This document shows positions 10,777 through 19,409 of a stretch of 64,000 bases of DNA, in pieces (positions within the stretch are counted from its first letter, which is position 1; each line of letters begins with the position of its first letter). Source of the stretch: a virus. Taxonomy: Duplodnaviria; Caudoviricetes. A program made the translations under genes and the position numbers. The notes beneath the pieces were generated by a model. That model was given only the letters and a program-made list of their open reading frames with translations. It was not told where the DNA came from and searched no databases. The stretch spans positions 1-64,000 of IMG/VR virus record IMGVR_UViG_3300033067_001757; one strand, 5' to 3'.

Positions 10777-10961
10777 ATGCTTCTCTAATTATTTGATAAG
10801 CTTGATCAAAGCTGTTGTTATCTAAATATGATGCGGCTTGTAATATTGACGATTTTAATCGTTCAATTTTTTCATCTTTGATGATGACTGTACTTTTGTT
10901 TGTTGTCATTTGAATTGGATTTTTGTATAAATATATAAAGGTGGCATTTAAAACATAAATC

Positions 10962-11153
10962 ATGTTTTACGTAATAGGTTTTATTTTACTTGTAATGATA
11001 TTCATGTTTGTATCTGTGAAGGATGCTTTCATAAATATTGTTCGATCAATTGATGGAAAAGAAAAGATTAAAAGAGAAAGCATAGCATGGATGATAGGTT
11101 TAATATATCTGATCATTTTTCCTTTTTATGTTTACTATCTGGCTACTAAATAA
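10962..11153 (+). CDS. IS passenger, two-TM small membrane protein (paralog of 24295-24492)
   Basis: SVKDAFINIVRSIDGKEKIKRESI resembles SLKEALKNTRNAISGKEKMKEKSI. Confidence 0.6.
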   Translation: MFYVIGFILLVMIFMFVSVKDAFINIVRSIDGKEKIKRESIAWMIGLIYLIIFPFYVYYLATK

Positions 11154-12074
11154 TCAATACCATGTATCTGCTGCTCCGGCTACAATCATTCTATCGAATA
11201 AGTCTGTAGTGAAGTTTCTTCTGTTGAGTTTATAAGTGAACTCATTGAGGTAGTTCTGTAAATAATCCTTTCCGATTGAATGATGTACACCTAAGAACAA
11301 TCTTTTAGCATTTGAAATTACTGTATGCACCCAAGGTAACTTCTTATGTGCTTCTTTAGATGGTACTATCATTGAAGTATGTTTGTCTACTACTTCATTA
11401 ATTTTTGAGAATGAACTGTATCCGTCTGTAAGTATATCTGATTCTTTACTTACCGCTTTCTTTACTTCGTAGTTGATTCCTATTGAGGTAAAATCATCCA
11501 TTGTAACCATCTTTACATATCCCATCATTCTGTTCTTCTTGTTAGGATTCTTCTGATTTGGATTAGGTGTTGATTCTACCATAACCAAAACCTTTTGCTG
11601 TTTCTTGCTACCACGGCCACGTTTCTGTTCATCTTCTGATTCGTCCTCTAAGTCTACTATTTCAAAGAAAGCATCGTCCATTTCTATGTTACCTTTTAAG
11701 TTGTATTTGCTGTCACGCTTTCCCATCGACTTTCTAACTTTTTGCATCATTAACCAAACAGGCTCATACCGTTTAACTCCTAACTGGCGTTGCATTTCAA
11801 GTGCAGAGAAAGCCTTCTTTGTAGAAGTCATTAAGTGTATACACATAAACCAGGTTCTCACAGGCATATGTGATTTTTCCATAATGGTACCTGCTCTAAG
11901 ATTAGTCCATGAACCACAATCAGCGCATTTCCAAAGTTCTTTACCGGCTAACCAGTAATGTTTCTTACCTGAACACTTTTTACATGTTATTCCTTCTGCT
12001 TCTCTTTTCTCTTTAAGATAAGTTCTGCAAGATTGTTCGTCGGGAAACCGCTCGTTGAAATTTAGTAGATTCAT
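11154..12074 (-). CDS. IS1595 (ISXO2-like) DDE transposase
   Basis: N-terminal CxxC...CxxC Zn ribbon, IEMDDAFF, ILTDG, YLQNYLNEFTYKLNRR. Confidence 0.95.
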   Translation of the reverse strand: MNLLNFNERFPDEQSCRTYLKEKREAEGITCKKCSGKKHYWLAGKELWKCADCGSWTNLRAGTIMEKSHMPVRTWFMCIHLMTSTKKAFSALEMQRQLGVKRYEPVWLMMQKVRKSMGKRDSKYNLKGNIEMDDAFFEIVDLEDESEDEQKRGRGSKKQQKVLVMVESTPNPNQKNPNKKNRMMGYVKMVTMDDFTSIGINYEVKKAVSKESDILTDGYSSFSKINEVVDKHTSMIVPSKEAHKKLPWVHTVISNAKRLFLGVHHSIGKDYLQNYLNEFTYKLNRRNFTTDLFDRMIVAGAADTWY

Positions 12075-12199
12075 CTTTGTTGTTTGAAGAACAAAGATAG
12101 AACTTAGGTGGATACAAGCGGATAACTTTTAACCTGTTTGTGAATAGTTTAACATGTCTGTGTTTTTAGGTATATTGGATGTCTAAAACTTAAAGAACT

Positions 12200-12523
12200 A
12201 TGCCTCAAATCCTTCCAAACGCCGATCCCGGAACAAAGAAAGGTTTACTTAATCTAACTAATGGTCAATGGGCAGTATTAATACCTTTACTGTTAGCATT
12301 TACTTACGGGGGATATTTTTTCGGTAATCTTAAATCCGATTTCAACAATGCTGATTTAAAAAAAGCGAACAAAATACTAACAGATTCAGTAAAATCACTC
12401 AACGATAGTATCAGTATCCTTCGATTTCAAAGCGTCCAGTTGACCAAGCAGGTAACCCTTTTGAGCACCAAAGCTGTGGCCGAGAGCAAAGGCGCAAGCT
12501 CCGCCGATAGAAATAAAAAGTAA
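12200..12523 (+). CDS. IS passenger, membrane-anchored coiled-coil protein
   Basis: One TM helix followed by a heptad pattern. Confidence 0.6.
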   Translation: MPQILPNADPGTKKGLLNLTNGQWAVLIPLLLAFTYGGYFFGNLKSDFNNADLKKANKILTDSVKSLNDSISILRFQSVQLTKQVTLLSTKAVAESKGASSADRNKK

Positions 12524-12595
12524 GAAAAATAAAATGTCCATAAAATATTGGTTTTTAATGTTTTATATGTATGTAAATAATTGATAATCAATCTT

Positions 12596-12970
12596 TTATA
12601 TATTGGGTGGATACAAACGGATAGTCATTTTATTTTTTAAAGTCTCTAAATACTGATTAATCTGATAGCAAAGTTTGTATTCCTCGTATGTGATTAACTT
12701 ATCTAATGTAGACTTTAATGTATCCGGATATAAGAATGCTGAGTAACCTATACGTAGAATATGTTGGTTCTTTACGTATACATCGACAACTTCTACCCTG
12801 GGTAGGTCCTTGTCTATTCCTTCAAAGATTTTATTGGCTGTGGTAACATGAATGAACCTGTCGTATGGTTGAAGCTGTATATTCAATGAAATATATTTAT
12901 CATGCACATCTATACGCGCAATATTATCCTTACGTGCTTTCTTGAATATATCGAGTAACCAGTTTCTCAT
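12596..12970 (-). CDS. hypothetical protein whose C-terminus is supplied by the IS end
   Basis: Last residues MTIRLYPPNI are read from the inverted repeat. Confidence 0.6.
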   Translation of the reverse strand: MRNWLLDIFKKARKDNIARIDVHDKYISLNIQLQPYDRFIHVTTANKIFEGIDKDLPRVEVVDVYVKNQHILRIGYSAFLYPDTLKSTLDKLITYEEYKLCYQINQYLETLKNKMTIRLYPPNI

Positions 12971-12972
12971 AA

Positions 12973-13686
12973 TTAAAATTTTCTATAGCTGATCAAATCG
13001 TCACCATAGTTATCGCCTTTCGGAGACTCAACAATAAATTGAGTCTTGGTACTCTCAAGACCAATAGATTTTAACACGGCTTCTTTCTGTGCCAACGGTA
13101 ATTCGAAATCTATCGTCTTCTTTTTAAGCATTGTAAATTCTTCCATGGCCCGGAGCTGAGTCTCCTGAAATATCTCACCGACCATTACAAAATAATGATT
13201 ATAACAGAGAAACTCCAGGTTATCAAGTAACCAGTTCTTCTTATCATTATCTTTAAAATGTAGAATGATAGGTACTTTAAAGTCAAGTTGACGTCGTTCA
13301 TCGAAGCCACATTTGGCACACTTCTCAGGAAGATATCCTTCTTTAATTAATCGTCTTTTCAATTCTCTCAGTGATACAAACTTCTTCCGCATATCACCAC
13401 AGAGAATATCCATAAGACCGGTCTGCTTTGTGATGCTTATAGTTCCTTTAGAGATACCTCGCCCACCTATGTTTTTATGTTTTTCATATAAAGAGACACC
13501 ATGTTCATCTTTATACATCGAAGCATATTTTTTGTATGTGTCGAGATGTACACTGCAATACCTGGCCGCTCCTCTGTTAGAGGTCGTCTCGGACATAGCC
13601 TTTTCAATCTGTCTCTTGTCAAGGGTTTTATATACAATACCTTTATTGGTTTTCCTGGGTTTCACAGGTTTTCTTTCTTCAGCCAT
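12973..13686 (-). CDS. HTH plus degenerate HNH-like protein
   Basis: SNRGAARYCSV HTH; CAKCG ... ILHFKDNDKKN ... NLEFLCYNH. Confidence 0.75.
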   Translation of the reverse strand: MAEERKPVKPRKTNKGIVYKTLDKRQIEKAMSETTSNRGAARYCSVHLDTYKKYASMYKDEHGVSLYEKHKNIGGRGISKGTISITKQTGLMDILCGDMRKKFVSLRELKRRLIKEGYLPEKCAKCGFDERRQLDFKVPIILHFKDNDKKNWLLDNLEFLCYNHYFVMVGEIFQETQLRAMEEFTMLKKKTIDFELPLAQKEAVLKSIGLESTKTQFIVESPKGDNYGDDLISYRKF

Positions 13687-14081
13687 TATTTAATATGTTT
13701 TATAAAATCATACAAATCATCGGGAGTATCAAGTGGTATGATGTCATTGAATTCATCAACAAACTGTTCAGGTATACCATCAATGGTAACTCTGTCATAC
13801 ATAAACCAGTATATCAGATTAACCTGCTTTGGATTAAAATGCAATTCCAATAAACCTTCAATAGCTTCCTGAAATGGTAAATTGTAATTGATCAGATCAA
13901 TACCTGTTAACATTTCAATCTGTAAAGTCTTTTCTTCAGCTGCGGCTATGGAATTTATTATTTTCGAAAACAACACCTTCTGTTTGTCTTCCGGCGTCTT
14001 TTTAGTCTTCCTTAATTTAATCTTTCGGCCAAGCACCTCTTCAATACTCCTTTGTACATTATCTTCGTGTTTATCAGACAT
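13686..14081 (-). CDS. hypothetical protein
   Basis: 131 aa ORF, TAATG coupling. Confidence 0.75.
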   Translation of the reverse strand: MSDKHEDNVQRSIEEVLGRKIKLRKTKKTPEDKQKVLFSKIINSIAAAEEKTLQIEMLTGIDLINYNLPFQEAIEGLLELHFNPKQVNLIYWFMYDRVTIDGIPEQFVDEFNDIIPLDTPDDLYDFIKHIK

Positions 14082-14082
14082 A

Positions 14083-14418
14083 TTATTGTTTTTCTATTTT
14101 AGCTATCAGGTCTCTGCAGGTGCTGGCTTTTTTATACTGTTCCATATCAGCGTAATATTTCATAGCTTTGATAAGTATTCCAGACCAGTTAATCTTTTCC
14201 AAAGATATGAATGTGGAAGTTCCATGCATTTTATATATATCAACCTCAGTTTTTTTATTATCGATACCATAAATAATAGCGTCAACAGCATTGTCGAAAA
14301 TGTCTTGTCTAACCTCTGGTAATGTTACGATTGTTCTGCATTCAATACCCATATCCAATATAGGTACTCTCCTTCTTCTTCTTTTCTTCTTCTGTGTAGC
14401 GATGATTTTTGCTGACAT
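14083..14418 (-). CDS. hypothetical protein with UVR-like C-terminal helix
   Basis: EQYKKASTCRDLI. Confidence 0.65.
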   Translation of the reverse strand: MSAKIIATQKKKRRRRRVPILDMGIECRTIVTLPEVRQDIFDNAVDAIIYGIDNKKTEVDIYKMHGTSTFISLEKINWSGILIKAMKYYADMEQYKKASTCRDLIAKIEKQ

Positions 14419-14429
14419 GTTAGTAGGTT

Positions 14430-15230
14430 TTAATCGTTGATGAAGTCTTTTATAATGTTAGTTATGATATCTCCAAAGTTCTCTCTTACTGTTATAACAG
14501 GTTTACCGTTCCTAACTTTTACAACCGGTTTACCATTACGGTATTTTACAACAGGCTTTGGTGTTCTGGTAGAAGAATAATGTTGAGTCGGTTCTGGCTT
14601 ATTTTCAATATCATCTTCTGGTTCTTCTTTATCGGGTGTGGATAATGAAGGAGTTAATGGTACTGGTTTCTCAGGTTTCTTATCTTTATTATCGGGTTTC
14701 TTGTCATTCGGTGATTTTGGCTTTTTGGGTACACCTTTCCTGAGATCATCAGGAGCATCTGATTTGCCGGGAGTGAAATCTGCTATAGCTATTATCGTGG
14801 CAATATTTCCATCACCGCCTGAATTAAAATTGGATGCGGGTGGTTGAGTGAAATTCTTCTGACTCGATAAATTCCAGTTCTTAATTCTGTCAAGGTGAAA
14901 CATCCTCCAACCAGGTTTGGCGCGGTGAGCTCGTCCTGTTTTCTTTGCTGAAGCTGATTTACTATTCACACCTATCCAGGCCCTGATATATTCATCATTA
15001 TTTAAAACTTTTCCGGAATGGCTATCACGATAACCGCGACCATAACATACTACTTGTACGTCTGTACGCCAGCCTTTTTCTTCATGACCGGGATCACCTT
15101 CCTCATCACCTTCGTAGTAGAAGGCACAGAAGCGCTTATCTTTTACCAGGTCTATAATTGCCTGTTTGTTGACCTGAAAGCCCTCGTTGAGGCTTATTTC
15201 GAGTAATACGTCGGTTATTGTTTCTACCAC
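14430..15230 (-). CDS. WYL-like domain protein with Pro/Lys-rich linker
   Basis: FYYEG ... YIRAW ... GWRMFHLDRI. Confidence 0.65.
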   Translation of the reverse strand: MVETITDVLLEISLNEGFQVNKQAIIDLVKDKRFCAFYYEGDEEGDPGHEEKGWRTDVQVVCYGRGYRDSHSGKVLNNDEYIRAWIGVNSKSASAKKTGRAHRAKPGWRMFHLDRIKNWNLSSQKNFTQPPASNFNSGGDGNIATIIAIADFTPGKSDAPDDLRKGVPKKPKSPNDKKPDNKDKKPEKPVPLTPSLSTPDKEEPEDDIENKPEPTQHYSSTRTPKPVVKYRNGKPVVKVRNGKPVITVRENFGDIITNIIKDFIND

Positions 15231-15312
15231 AGATTAATAATTTATCTGTATATAAATATGCTGACATGATAACGATAAGATGATTCGTATATAACCGTTT
15301 GCGGTTATGTTA

Positions 15313-16152
15313 TTAGATTACGTAGACATCTTTGGTGTATTCGTGGAAATGACAAAGACCTAGCTCTTCGAATAAAATATTCTTATGCGATGGATCTTGT
15401 ACCCCACTTGTGTAGACAAAATTACACAGATTTATCAAACATTCATCAGATAGTAATAAATATTTACTTAAATCTTTAGTAGATATAGAGAGAAGCGTTT
15501 CCATATCAAACTTTATACCATCATCATATTTAATTTCCCATGGTTTTATATTAGCATGTTTCTCAACGAGTTCTCTATATATTTGTTGTTTAGCTCTAAC
15601 AGTACTCCCATAAAGGGAATCAACCTTATTCAAATTAAGAACATAGAAATTAGTTTGAGGTAATGCTGGCTTTCTATGTAATATTAAGTTTTCTTTAATA
15701 CTTCTAAGCCCACCTGATAGTTCTATTGTCTCCAAAGATATACTCGGCAGGTAATAAAAATCAGCACGTTGAAGCGGGACTGATAGCATTTTTTCGTCGA
15801 GTAACACATCATCGGCACTCTTGAACAGAAATGGATACTGAGGAAAATTATGCTTACTGTATTTTAGAAGTGATTCGTCCAGATCAATGGTACCGAACAT
15901 GTGTCCGCGATTCTTATTGATGCTCCAGCAAGTGGCCTGTGGAAACATATCTGTCCAAAGATTTTTATATTCTTTTACCAGATCTTTAGAAATCCCTTCA
16001 ACTTTGTTTAAGGCCACTGCGATGCGTGGGAAATGATCCAGGAATGGTTTATTATGTTTCAGGAAGCCGTATGTTTTGTTTAGAGATTCTTCATCTTTAA
16101 CGAGTCCTATACTACCGAACACTGAATGATCAACTAATTGTTGGAGAGTCAT
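15313..16152 (-). CDS. glycosyltransferase-like (GT-A) protein
   Basis: NRGHMFG and LFKSADDV (DD) motifs. Confidence 0.5.
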   Translation of the reverse strand: MTLQQLVDHSVFGSIGLVKDEESLNKTYGFLKHNKPFLDHFPRIAVALNKVEGISKDLVKEYKNLWTDMFPQATCWSINKNRGHMFGTIDLDESLLKYSKHNFPQYPFLFKSADDVLLDEKMLSVPLQRADFYYLPSISLETIELSGGLRSIKENLILHRKPALPQTNFYVLNLNKVDSLYGSTVRAKQQIYRELVEKHANIKPWEIKYDDGIKFDMETLLSISTKDLSKYLLLSDECLINLCNFVYTSGVQDPSHKNILFEELGLCHFHEYTKDVYVI

Positions 16153-16175
16153 ATATCATAACCTTTATTGGATAG

Positions 16176-16206
16176 CAAAGGTAGTGAAAGTTCTACATAT
16201 AACAAA
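16176..16206 (-). promoter_or_regulatory. Bacteroidota sigma-A type promoter
   Basis: TTTG-N19-TACCTTTG. Confidence 0.7.
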
Positions 16207-16224
16207 ATAAAGTTAGAGAGGTAG

Positions 16225-16310
16225 CGGAGGTAACAGGAGTTCAACCTGTACGACTTTTTAGGGTCCTGGCGATTTTCAAGATCGTGTACCTCTGTCAACT
16301 GGGTACCTCC
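16225..16310 (-). tRNA. tRNA-Ser(TGA)
   Basis: Acceptor GGAGGTA/TACCTCC, G73, anticodon arm CGAT-CT TGA AA-ATCG, long variable arm; atypical D arm. Confidence 0.8.
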
Positions 16311-16316
16311 GTATAA

Positions 16317-16817
16317 TTATTTATCTTTATTTGCCGAATGTGAATGAAGTATAATAAAGGCTACTGAACCTTTAGAAGAAATATTAAATTTTTCCATTAT
16401 CTGTCGATAGGTATGACCTTCTTGACGATATTTAATAATATTATCATGGTCATGTACCTTTATGTAAGAGGTAGCTAACATAGCAGCCTGAAATCTTAAC
16501 TCCTTACTTTTATCCATCATATTATCTTGATGTGTTCCAATTCCAATATTCCAATCATAATTACATAAACTATCGCAATTCAAATGCCTTATCTCCATAT
16601 CTGCTTCAAAAATCTTATCTCCATATTTTTGATATCCAACCAATCTATGGATTGGAATCGCATATGTACTTCCATTCATTCTAATACTAAATTTCCTATA
16701 ACCTCTATTTGTTACAGTTCCTTTAATAATCTTTCCCTTTGGTGAATATGTAACATTTTCAATCACTCTGTAACCTCTATTATAGACAAATAATAATGAT
16801 TCTTTTTGTTTACTCAT
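16317..16817 (-). CDS. HNH homing endonuclease
   Basis: IHRLV ... IRHLNCDSLCN ... NIGIGTHQDN; C-terminal HTH. Confidence 0.88.
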   Translation of the reverse strand: MSKQKESLLFVYNRGYRVIENVTYSPKGKIIKGTVTNRGYRKFSIRMNGSTYAIPIHRLVGYQKYGDKIFEADMEIRHLNCDSLCNYDWNIGIGTHQDNMMDKSKELRFQAAMLATSYIKVHDHDNIIKYRQEGHTYRQIMEKFNISSKGSVAFIILHSHSANKDK

Positions 16818-16898
16818 TTAGTTCTTTATTAGTACATATATAAATATGTACCAATGCGGTTCAAAACGATTCGAACCAGAACTTTTTTATAGAACTTG

Positions 16899-16986
16899 CG
16901 GAGAACAGAGTAATCGAAACTCACCCAACTGAATGGGTTCTCGTTTAGCAAACGAGCGGGGATACCACTTCCCTCCTTTACTCTCC
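16899..16986 (-). tRNA. tRNA-Ser(GCT), probable 8/4 fold
   Basis: CTCGT-TT GCT AA-ACGAG, long variable arm, G73, acceptor GGAGAGTA/TGTTCTCC, T stem GAGT/ACTC. Confidence 0.85.
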
Positions 16987-16992
16987 AAATTG

Positions 16993-17076
16993 TAACCCAG
17001 GTAGTATTCGAAACTACTCACCCAAATGGGATGTGATTTACAGTCACACGCACCTCTCCTACTGTGCCGCTGAATT
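16993..17076 (-). tRNA. tRNA-Tyr(GTA)
   Basis: TGTGA-CT GTA AA-TCACA, long variable arm, TTCGAAT T loop. Confidence 0.88.
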
Positions 17077-17082
17077 ATACTG

Positions 17083-17169
17083 TAGCGGTAACCGGCTTCG
17101 AACCGGTACGGACATTGCTGTCCAAGAGTGTTTAAGACTCTCATGTGCTTCCAATTTCATCATACCGCT
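17083..17169 (-). tRNA. tRNA-Leu(TAA)
   Basis: AGCGGTA/TACCGCT, AGAGT-CT TAA AC-ACTCT, long variable arm, GGTTCGAAGCC. Confidence 0.92.
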
Positions 17170-17174
17170 ATTAG

Positions 17175-17251
17175 TAGCCCGAGTCGGAGTCGAACCGACA
17201 GACGATCAATACATCCTAAGTGTATCCGCTTTCCCGTTTGCGTACCAGGCC
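17175..17251 (-). tRNA. tRNA-Leu(TAG), short variable arm
   Basis: ATACA-CT TAG GA-TGTAT, GTCGGTTCGACTCCGAC. Confidence 0.9.
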
Positions 17252-17253
17252 AT

Positions 17254-17288
17254 AAAAACAAAAAACCCTCACCGGTTAAATGAGGGCT
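17254..17288 (-). terminator. attenuator terminator A
   Basis: AGCCCTCA-TTTAACCGG-TGAGGGTT then TTTTGTTTTT, ending 2 nt before tRNA-Leu. Confidence 0.85.
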
Positions 17289-17322
17289 AAAAAAAAAAAT
17301 ATCTCTTAGTTTAGTACATACC

Positions 17323-17391
17323 TCATCCCCAATTATCGTCCAGATAACTTAACGAACTCAAGGAGAGATATAGATTAATATTGTGTTTCAT
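17323..17391 (-). CDS. leader peptide A, MKHNINLYLSLSSLSYLDDNWG (Leu/Ser/Tyr sensor)
   Basis: ATG..TGA, 22 aa, 11 consecutive L/S/Y codons; lies between promoter and terminator. Confidence 0.85.
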   Translation of the reverse strand: MKHNINLYLSLSSLSYLDDNWG

Positions 17392-17395
17392 AATG

Positions 17396-17427
17396 CGAAG
17401 GTAGCTATAATTATTGAGACTACCAAA
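17396..17427 (-). promoter_or_regulatory. Bacteroidota sigma-A type promoter of tRNA array A
   Basis: TTTG-N20-TACCTTCG, 4 nt before the leader ATG. Confidence 0.7.
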
Positions 17428-17499
17428 TATAAATATACAGAGGTCTACAAAAACGATTAAAATAATTACCATTGTTCATCCCAGTTTTTATTTGCATGT

Positions 17500-17931
17500 T
17501 TGTATAATTTATGTGATAATAAATATTGGAGATGTACAGAAAATATCTATTTTTGTAAAATGAAATTATTTATAATTATAATAATCACTATTCTCGTGTT
17601 GATGGTATTACCCATTATTATCCATGAACAGTATTATGGAGAACCGGTTTCATATGGTCATTATTATCTACAGAAGAACTATAAAGACGCTTCTGCGTTG
17701 TTTACTATATTGACAAAAAAAGATACCGATATATTTCTATGGTGCTGTGATTGTATTTTATTCTATGCAAAAAAACTAAATGTATCATATGAAGAATTGA
17801 ACATATATGTTTTCATCATATGGCAACCATATCTGATAATTTTATTTGGATACTTGTATATATCAGTATTGATTAAAAACATCAAACTTCGACGAAAGTT
17901 GCATCAAACAATTCCAGTAACAAATCCGTAA
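17500..17931 (+). CDS. membrane protein (true start may be the later Met, MKLFIII)
   Basis: Two TM segments, SYEELNIYVF motif. Confidence 0.6.
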   Translation: MYNLCDNKYWRCTENIYFCKMKLFIIIIITILVLMVLPIIIHEQYYGEPVSYGHYYLQKNYKDASALFTILTKKDTDIFLWCCDCILFYAKKLNVSYEELNIYVFIIWQPYLIILFGYLYISVLIKNIKLRRKLHQTIPVTNP

Positions 17932-19288
17932 GATTTTCTCGTATTCTTACAACTGGTTTACCATTTTTCATTTTAACTACAATTTTACCGTCTGCACCAA
18001 CGGTATAAACAGGTTTAGCTACATGTGATCCATGTTTAGCCGACTTGTCATCATCGTCTTCTTTAGATTTAATATTAGAAACAGTATCTACTTTTTTCGA
18101 TACATCTGGTGTAGGAGAAGATCCTGTAGTTGTGACTGATTTATTTTTGTCTGGTTTAGATTGTTTACTGGTAGCTATATCTCCAAAAGAATCTTTTGAT
18201 TTTTTGTGTTTAGTACCTTCTTTACCAGCCATCATATTAGACGAAAGAGTGATAGTGATCTTTTTTCCTTTAGATGAGGTGTCTGGATTTTCAAGATAAG
18301 CAATATGTCTTACGGCCTGATATGGTGTAGCATTATCTTTTTTCATAACATACACAATTTTCTCCATATAATTCATATCTTTTAGATCATCTGATGTCAC
18401 TGTCTTAGAAGCACCTTTTGAAAAATCATATGTATCTGTAATTGTGTATGAACTATCTGCGTTTTTTTGATACGTAAACCTTCCCAATGTAGTTGCTACA
18501 CCGAATGCATCATTTGATGTAAGAGTTTTAAATGCTGTTGTGAGTGTACTTGGTCCGACATTATTTGCATATATATTCGCAACATCTCCACCATAATCTT
18601 TATATTCGGTAGCACCACGATTAACTTTACCTGTACGCTTAATGGCATTATTTATAACATCTGCCATTATTTTCTTCTGAGCCTTACTAAAATCTTTACC
18701 TGATAAGTCTTTAGTCAAATATAACTGTGCAACGTTTGGAAAAGCCTTTCTGATATACGAAGAAACACCGGAAGCTATTTTATCACCTATACCAGAATTA
18801 GCTTTATTTGTAGAATCAAATTCAGCTTTACCGGCTTTGCCAGTACTATCTATAGTTATTTTATTACCCGTGGTTGAAAATACATCTCCATTACTGATGC
18901 GGCAATTAAAAATGGCCAATTTTTTAGCAGCGGTAGCAGCTTTTTTAAAGTCTGTAGGATTAGATTTTTTAGCAATATTCTTCTTTACCGTTATATGAAA
19001 ATCTTTCTTTTTATCAACTTTCTGTTCCATATCCTTGTAAAGAGAATCGATATCCTGTGGACTCATTGAATTAAGCTTGTTACCAAAATTAGTCTTGCTT
19101 ATATTTTCTATGTCCTGTTTGTGTGAATTATCCATCTGAGATAACTTCACTCCTCCTATAGATAAAGAACTTAAAAACAAGCTTAGTCCGGAAAAAATAT
19201 TTAAAAATAATCCTTCCTCAATATTTTCTTCATTTTCCGGTATTTTTAGTAAATCTAATTCTTCAAGTAATTTAGTAAATGTTTGCAT
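17882..19288 (-). CDS. Lys/Ser/Asp-rich protein, possible virion internal protein
   Basis: 468 aa ORF; N-terminal LLEE motif; C-terminal motif shared with 14430-15230. Confidence 0.75.
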   Translation of the reverse strand: MQTFTKLLEELDLLKIPENEENIEEGLFLNIFSGLSLFLSSLSIGGVKLSQMDNSHKQDIENISKTNFGNKLNSMSPQDIDSLYKDMEQKVDKKKDFHITVKKNIAKKSNPTDFKKAATAAKKLAIFNCRISNGDVFSTTGNKITIDSTGKAGKAEFDSTNKANSGIGDKIASGVSSYIRKAFPNVAQLYLTKDLSGKDFSKAQKKIMADVINNAIKRTGKVNRGATEYKDYGGDVANIYANNVGPSTLTTAFKTLTSNDAFGVATTLGRFTYQKNADSSYTITDTYDFSKGASKTVTSDDLKDMNYMEKIVYVMKKDNATPYQAVRHIAYLENPDTSSKGKKITITLSSNMMAGKEGTKHKKSKDSFGDIATSKQSKPDKNKSVTTTGSSPTPDVSKKVDTVSNIKSKEDDDDKSAKHGSHVAKPVYTVGADGKIVVKMKNGKPVVRIRENLTDLLLELFDATFVEV

Positions 19289-19327
19289 ATATAATATAAA
19301 TATAAGAAATATCCCAAATTAATTCGG

Positions 19328-19399
19328 GGTATAAGGTCGGTAACGGTCCGACTTCTTCTCCTTCACAGGGAGACGCTTCACTTTAAAGCTTCAAACACC
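19328..19399 (-). tRNA. tRNA-His(GTG)
   Basis: TCTCC-CT GTG AA-GGAGA, G-1:C73; two T-T mismatches in the acceptor; T loop ACCGTTA. Confidence 0.8.
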
Positions 19400-19409
19400 A
19401 TGTTTCAGA

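Larger units (their letters stand above)
10465..12631 (-). mobile_element. IS1595-family element with small passenger genes (about 2.17 kb)
   Basis: 28-bp terminal inverted repeats AAAATGACTGTCCGTTTGTATCCACCCA (10465-10492) / TGGGTGGATACAAACGGATAGTCATTTT (12604-12631), 27/28 match; degenerate internal copy near 12106-12130; no target duplication seen. Confidence 0.8.

Noticed and set aside
16853-16880. GGTTCGAATC T-loop-like sequence upstream of an HNH gene
   Set aside because: Only a short hairpin with no cloverleaf; not a tRNA.
16887-17290. Track ORFs 16887-17144 and 17033-17290 (also 20395-20598, 20623-20850, 28320-28625, 29806-30018)
   Set aside because: They overlap tRNA genes or attenuators and are shadow frames.
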